A stretch of 64,000 nt of DNA from Nitrospinales bacterium. GTDB taxonomy: Bacteria > Nitrospinota > Nitrospinia > Nitrospinales > VA-1. Below the pieces are notes generated by a model that had not been told where the DNA came from, did not search any database, and worked only from the letters and a program-made list of their open reading frames with translations. Of this stretch, positions 61,537 through 64,000 are shown piece by piece (position 1 is the stretch's first letter; each line of letters opens with the position of its first letter). Both the position numbers and the translations under genes were made by a program. The stretch is from NCBI GenBank assembly GCA_965223795.1, contig CBDCXL010000002.1:1600001-1664000 (forward strand). Direction: 5' to 3'.

Positions 61537-62522
61537 GGCTGGCCGTCGAATTCTTTGGTGCGGAAAATATTGGTGAACCCGAAGCGGAAGTCGCGGTACA
61601 GGGTCACGACGATACCGACCTGAAGGTCGCCCACCAGGGTTTTCTTATCGACGCTGTGGCTGTCTGAAAACGTATTGCCATCGAGAAAAATATTGCGGCC
61701 GACGGCGCGGCCTTCTACGCCGGCAAACAGATACCAGGTGAACCGGCTTTGGGGTTTGAAGAAACCGGACCCGGAAAGGCCGGGACGGATTCTCGGCGGG
61801 CCGTAATCGTTGGGCAGGTCGTTGCCGACGCGGACCGTGACCCCTGTCGCGAAATAGGTGTAGACGTTGCCGAGCGCAAAGCCGGCATGCGGCGTGAGGT
61901 CGACGATGGTGGTCCATTTTTCTTCCTCGGGGCGGATGGGCCATTTGCGTTCGTAAAAAAGTACGATGCCCGGTTCGTTGTCCAACTGGTTGTCCCAGCC
62001 TCTGGGGAGATTGACGCCGATGAGCCGATGCCATTGGGTCTGCACCTGTTCCCCCAGCGAGGCAGGGCCCACCACTCCCAGGTTCAATTCCAGGTTTTCC
62101 ATGAAAGGGCGCCTCTCCCCTCCGCCTTCCGACACGAAACCGGTGCCCAGATAGAGCCATCCGGCATAGGGTCTGTCGTTCTGGATCAGGTTTTCTTCGA
62201 GAATGTCTTCCGGGGTGAAGATGTTCTGCCCGAGGATGAAACTGACGCGCCGGGTCTTGGGAATGAGAAATTCGGGAATCGCCGCGAGAACGGTGGATTT
62301 TATTTTCTTTTCAAAGTGGGTGGGTTTTTCCGCGGAAAGGTAAGAGATGCGCGAGCCGTGGGTGTAGTGACGGTCCGAGCCCCTGCCGAACAGGTCGTTC
62401 TCAAACTGAACGTTGATGTACTGTCCGAGATCGTATTGGCCGGGATCGGGTTCTTCGTCTGCGACGAGACGTGTTGGCAATAAAAGGCAGACGAACAACG
62501 CTAACACGAAGGGCCGCAGCAT
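61491..62522 (-). CDS. Lipid A deacylase LpxR family (DUF2219) outer-membrane protein
   Basis: FENDLF...DRHYTHG, GQNIFTP, DRPYAGWLY, GWDNQL, C-terminal W. Confidence 0.88.
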   Translation of the reverse strand: MLRPFVLALFVCLLLPTRLVADEEPDPGQYDLGQYINVQFENDLFGRGSDRHYTHGSRISYLSAEKPTHFEKKIKSTVLAAIPEFLIPKTRRVSFILGQNIFTPEDILEENLIQNDRPYAGWLYLGTGFVSEGGGERRPFMENLELNLGVVGPASLGEQVQTQWHRLIGVNLPRGWDNQLDNEPGIVLFYERKWPIRPEEEKWTTIVDLTPHAGFALGNVYTYFATGVTVRVGNDLPNDYGPPRIRPGLSGSGFFKPQSRFTWYLFAGVEGRAVGRNIFLDGNTFSDSHSVDKKTLVGDLQVGIVVTLYRDFRFGFTNIFRTKEFDGQPQEDNFGSFNFSYHW

Positions 62523-62704
62523 GTATTGATTCTTCCTCCGAGAATACAGGATCCACTGTTTGCAAAAAGTCGACTATATCATACTGAGAACATCCGCTTC
62601 TAACGGGAAGGTGTGCGGGAGCGGTTTATATCCGGGCCGTATGGAGAGTTCGGTTGCGCCCGATGATCGTGAGAAAGTGAAAACCGCTGAAAGGAAAAAA
62701 GGAA

Positions 62705-62788
62705 TGCCGAAGGTCGGAGTCGAACCGACACGGGGTCGCCCCCACTGGATTTTGAGTCCAGCGCGTCTACCAGTTCCACCACTTCGGC
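62705..62788 (-). tRNA. tRNA-Leu (anticodon CAA), no encoded CCA
   Basis: Reverse complement GCCGAAGTGGTGGAACTGGTAGAC...CTGGA-CTCAAAA-TCCAG...TTCGACTCCGACCTTCGGCA. Confidence 0.96.
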
Positions 62789-62884
62789 ATTTTTTGCGGG
62801 TTACGTTATCACAAGGGATGGCGCTTTTCAACCGGGAGAACATGCACACTTTCCTTGCCTGCCAGCATGGCGCGGCGTGTTCAA

Positions 62885-64000
62885 TCAAGCCGGGCCTTTT
62901 GGAGGCGGAGTCTGCCGGATGAGTTTCTGGATCTGCTTTGCCTCAGCCTGGTCCGGGTTCAGCGTGAGGGTGCGGGAAAAATACAGGCGGCCCAGTTCCG
63001 GATTGCCGAGGTGGTAATAGTGGAGCACGCCCAGGTTGCGGAAGGCCTCGGCGTAATGTGGATTGAGCTCGACGGCGGTGCGGTAGTGCCGGGCGGCCTG
63101 CTCATAGTGTCCGAGGTTTTGCTGCAACTCTCCCAGTTTGCCGTGCACCTCCGGTACGGTGGGTTTGAGGATTCGGGCGCGCTCCAATAGCCGCAAGGCT
63201 TCGGCTGAATTGCCGCGGGCGAGCTGCAACTCTCCCAGATTGTAGTTTGTGATGAAGATGCCGGGCGCTTTATCAAGCGATGCCTGATACAGCTCAACGG
63301 CCGTATCGGTGTCGCCCGCAAGTTGATGCGCGCGCGCCAGGTTGATGAGAGGACGGACAAGATGGGGGGATTTTTTTCGTGTGTCTTCCCACAACGCTCG
63401 TTCGCTGCGCCAGTCAAGGCTGCGGTCGATCGTCAGTATGCTCAGAAAAACCAGAACGCCCATCGCCAATGCCGGACGTGTGTGGAATGGTTTCCGGCGC
63501 ACGGGAAGGCGTTGCAGTGCGGTTACGGCAAGCAGGGTGATTGTGAGGACAATGCCGTAAGCGGCGAGGTACACCCGGTGTTCCGCGGCAAGGTCGTGCA
63601 GCGTGACGATGGAGGAAGAGGGCGAGAGAACGATCGCGAACCAGCCGAGTCCGAACAGGTACACGCGGGATGCGGCTTTGCGGATCGCCAGAAACAAGGC
63701 CAGTGCCATCACACTGCAAGCAAGCAGGAACGGCGGGGAAAGCAAATGCGTGATCACTGGAATGTCGGGATCGATGTTCAGATTGACGGGAAAGAGCAGC
63801 AGCCTGAGATAGTAAAACACGATCACGTAGGGCTGCGATTGCATGTAGTTTTTTCTTCCCACCATCTGGTCCGGATCGACCGGTCCGATCAGAAACGTCT
63901 CATCGGTGAGCAGTTTGTGAAAGAGAACGGCAACCGCCGTTATGCCGATGACGGAGAGGACCCATTTCCATCGGCGCAAATATGCAAGCAACGTGGAGTC
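62885..64000 (-). CDS. TMTC-like membrane protein with C-terminal TPRs (5' end outside window)
   Basis: YYLRLLLFPVNL, AEHRVYL, W.SE..LW, TPR tail. Confidence 0.85.
   Translation of the reverse strand, partial: DSTLLAYLRRWKWVLSVIGITAVAVLFHKLLTDETFLIGPVDPDQMVGRKNYMQSQPYVIVFYYLRLLLFPVNLNIDPDIPVITHLLSPPFLLACSVMALALFLAIRKAASRVYLFGLGWFAIVLSPSSSIVTLHDLAAEHRVYLAAYGIVLTITLLAVTALQRLPVRRKPFHTRPALAMGVLVFLSILTIDRSLDWRSERALWEDTRKKSPHLVRPLINLARAHQLAGDTDTAVELYQASLDKAPGIFITNYNLGELQLARGNSAEALRLLERARILKPTVPEVHGKLGELQQNLGHYEQAARHYRTAVELNPHYAEAFRNLGVLHYYHLGNPELGRLYFSRTLTLNPDQAEAKQIQKLIRQTPPPKGPA

Overview
Chromosomal replication-origin region of a moderately GC-rich diderm bacterium. The gene content and style suggest Nitrospinota or a Deltaproteobacteria-like lineage; this is my inference and was not checked. 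Core: dnaA-oriC-gyrB-gyrA (no dnaN/recF), serS followed by all four tRNA-Ser genes, an unusual tRNA-Arg(GCG), SRP RNA, dnaX-ybaB-recR, tRNA-Asn, trhP, hpnH, a type IV pilus cluster, maf-flgE-flgD-fliK under a sigma54 promoter, a glycan synthesis/export operon, an lpxR-like gene and tRNA-Leu. The best candidate for an undescribed system is an ~8.2 kb integrase-less phage-derived module between etfB and dnaA. It contains an apparently intact RecA-cleavable repressor with a face-to-face promoter/operator switch and a repressed operon (motif-degenerate SMC/SbcC-like protein, Zn-binding protein, sigma-region-4 HTH regulator). A terminator-gated late operon encodes endolysin, holin, spanins, terminase and a portal N-terminus fused in frame to a tail-fibre-like C-terminus; no capsid or tail genes are present. 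Other signals: a B. subtilis-like oriC unwinding motif, a parS-like palindrome, an A11 slippery site in dnaX, two strong CRP-type boxes, His-rich/glycine-zipper secreted proteins with consensus promoters, and a tandem pair of unknown secreted paralogs.
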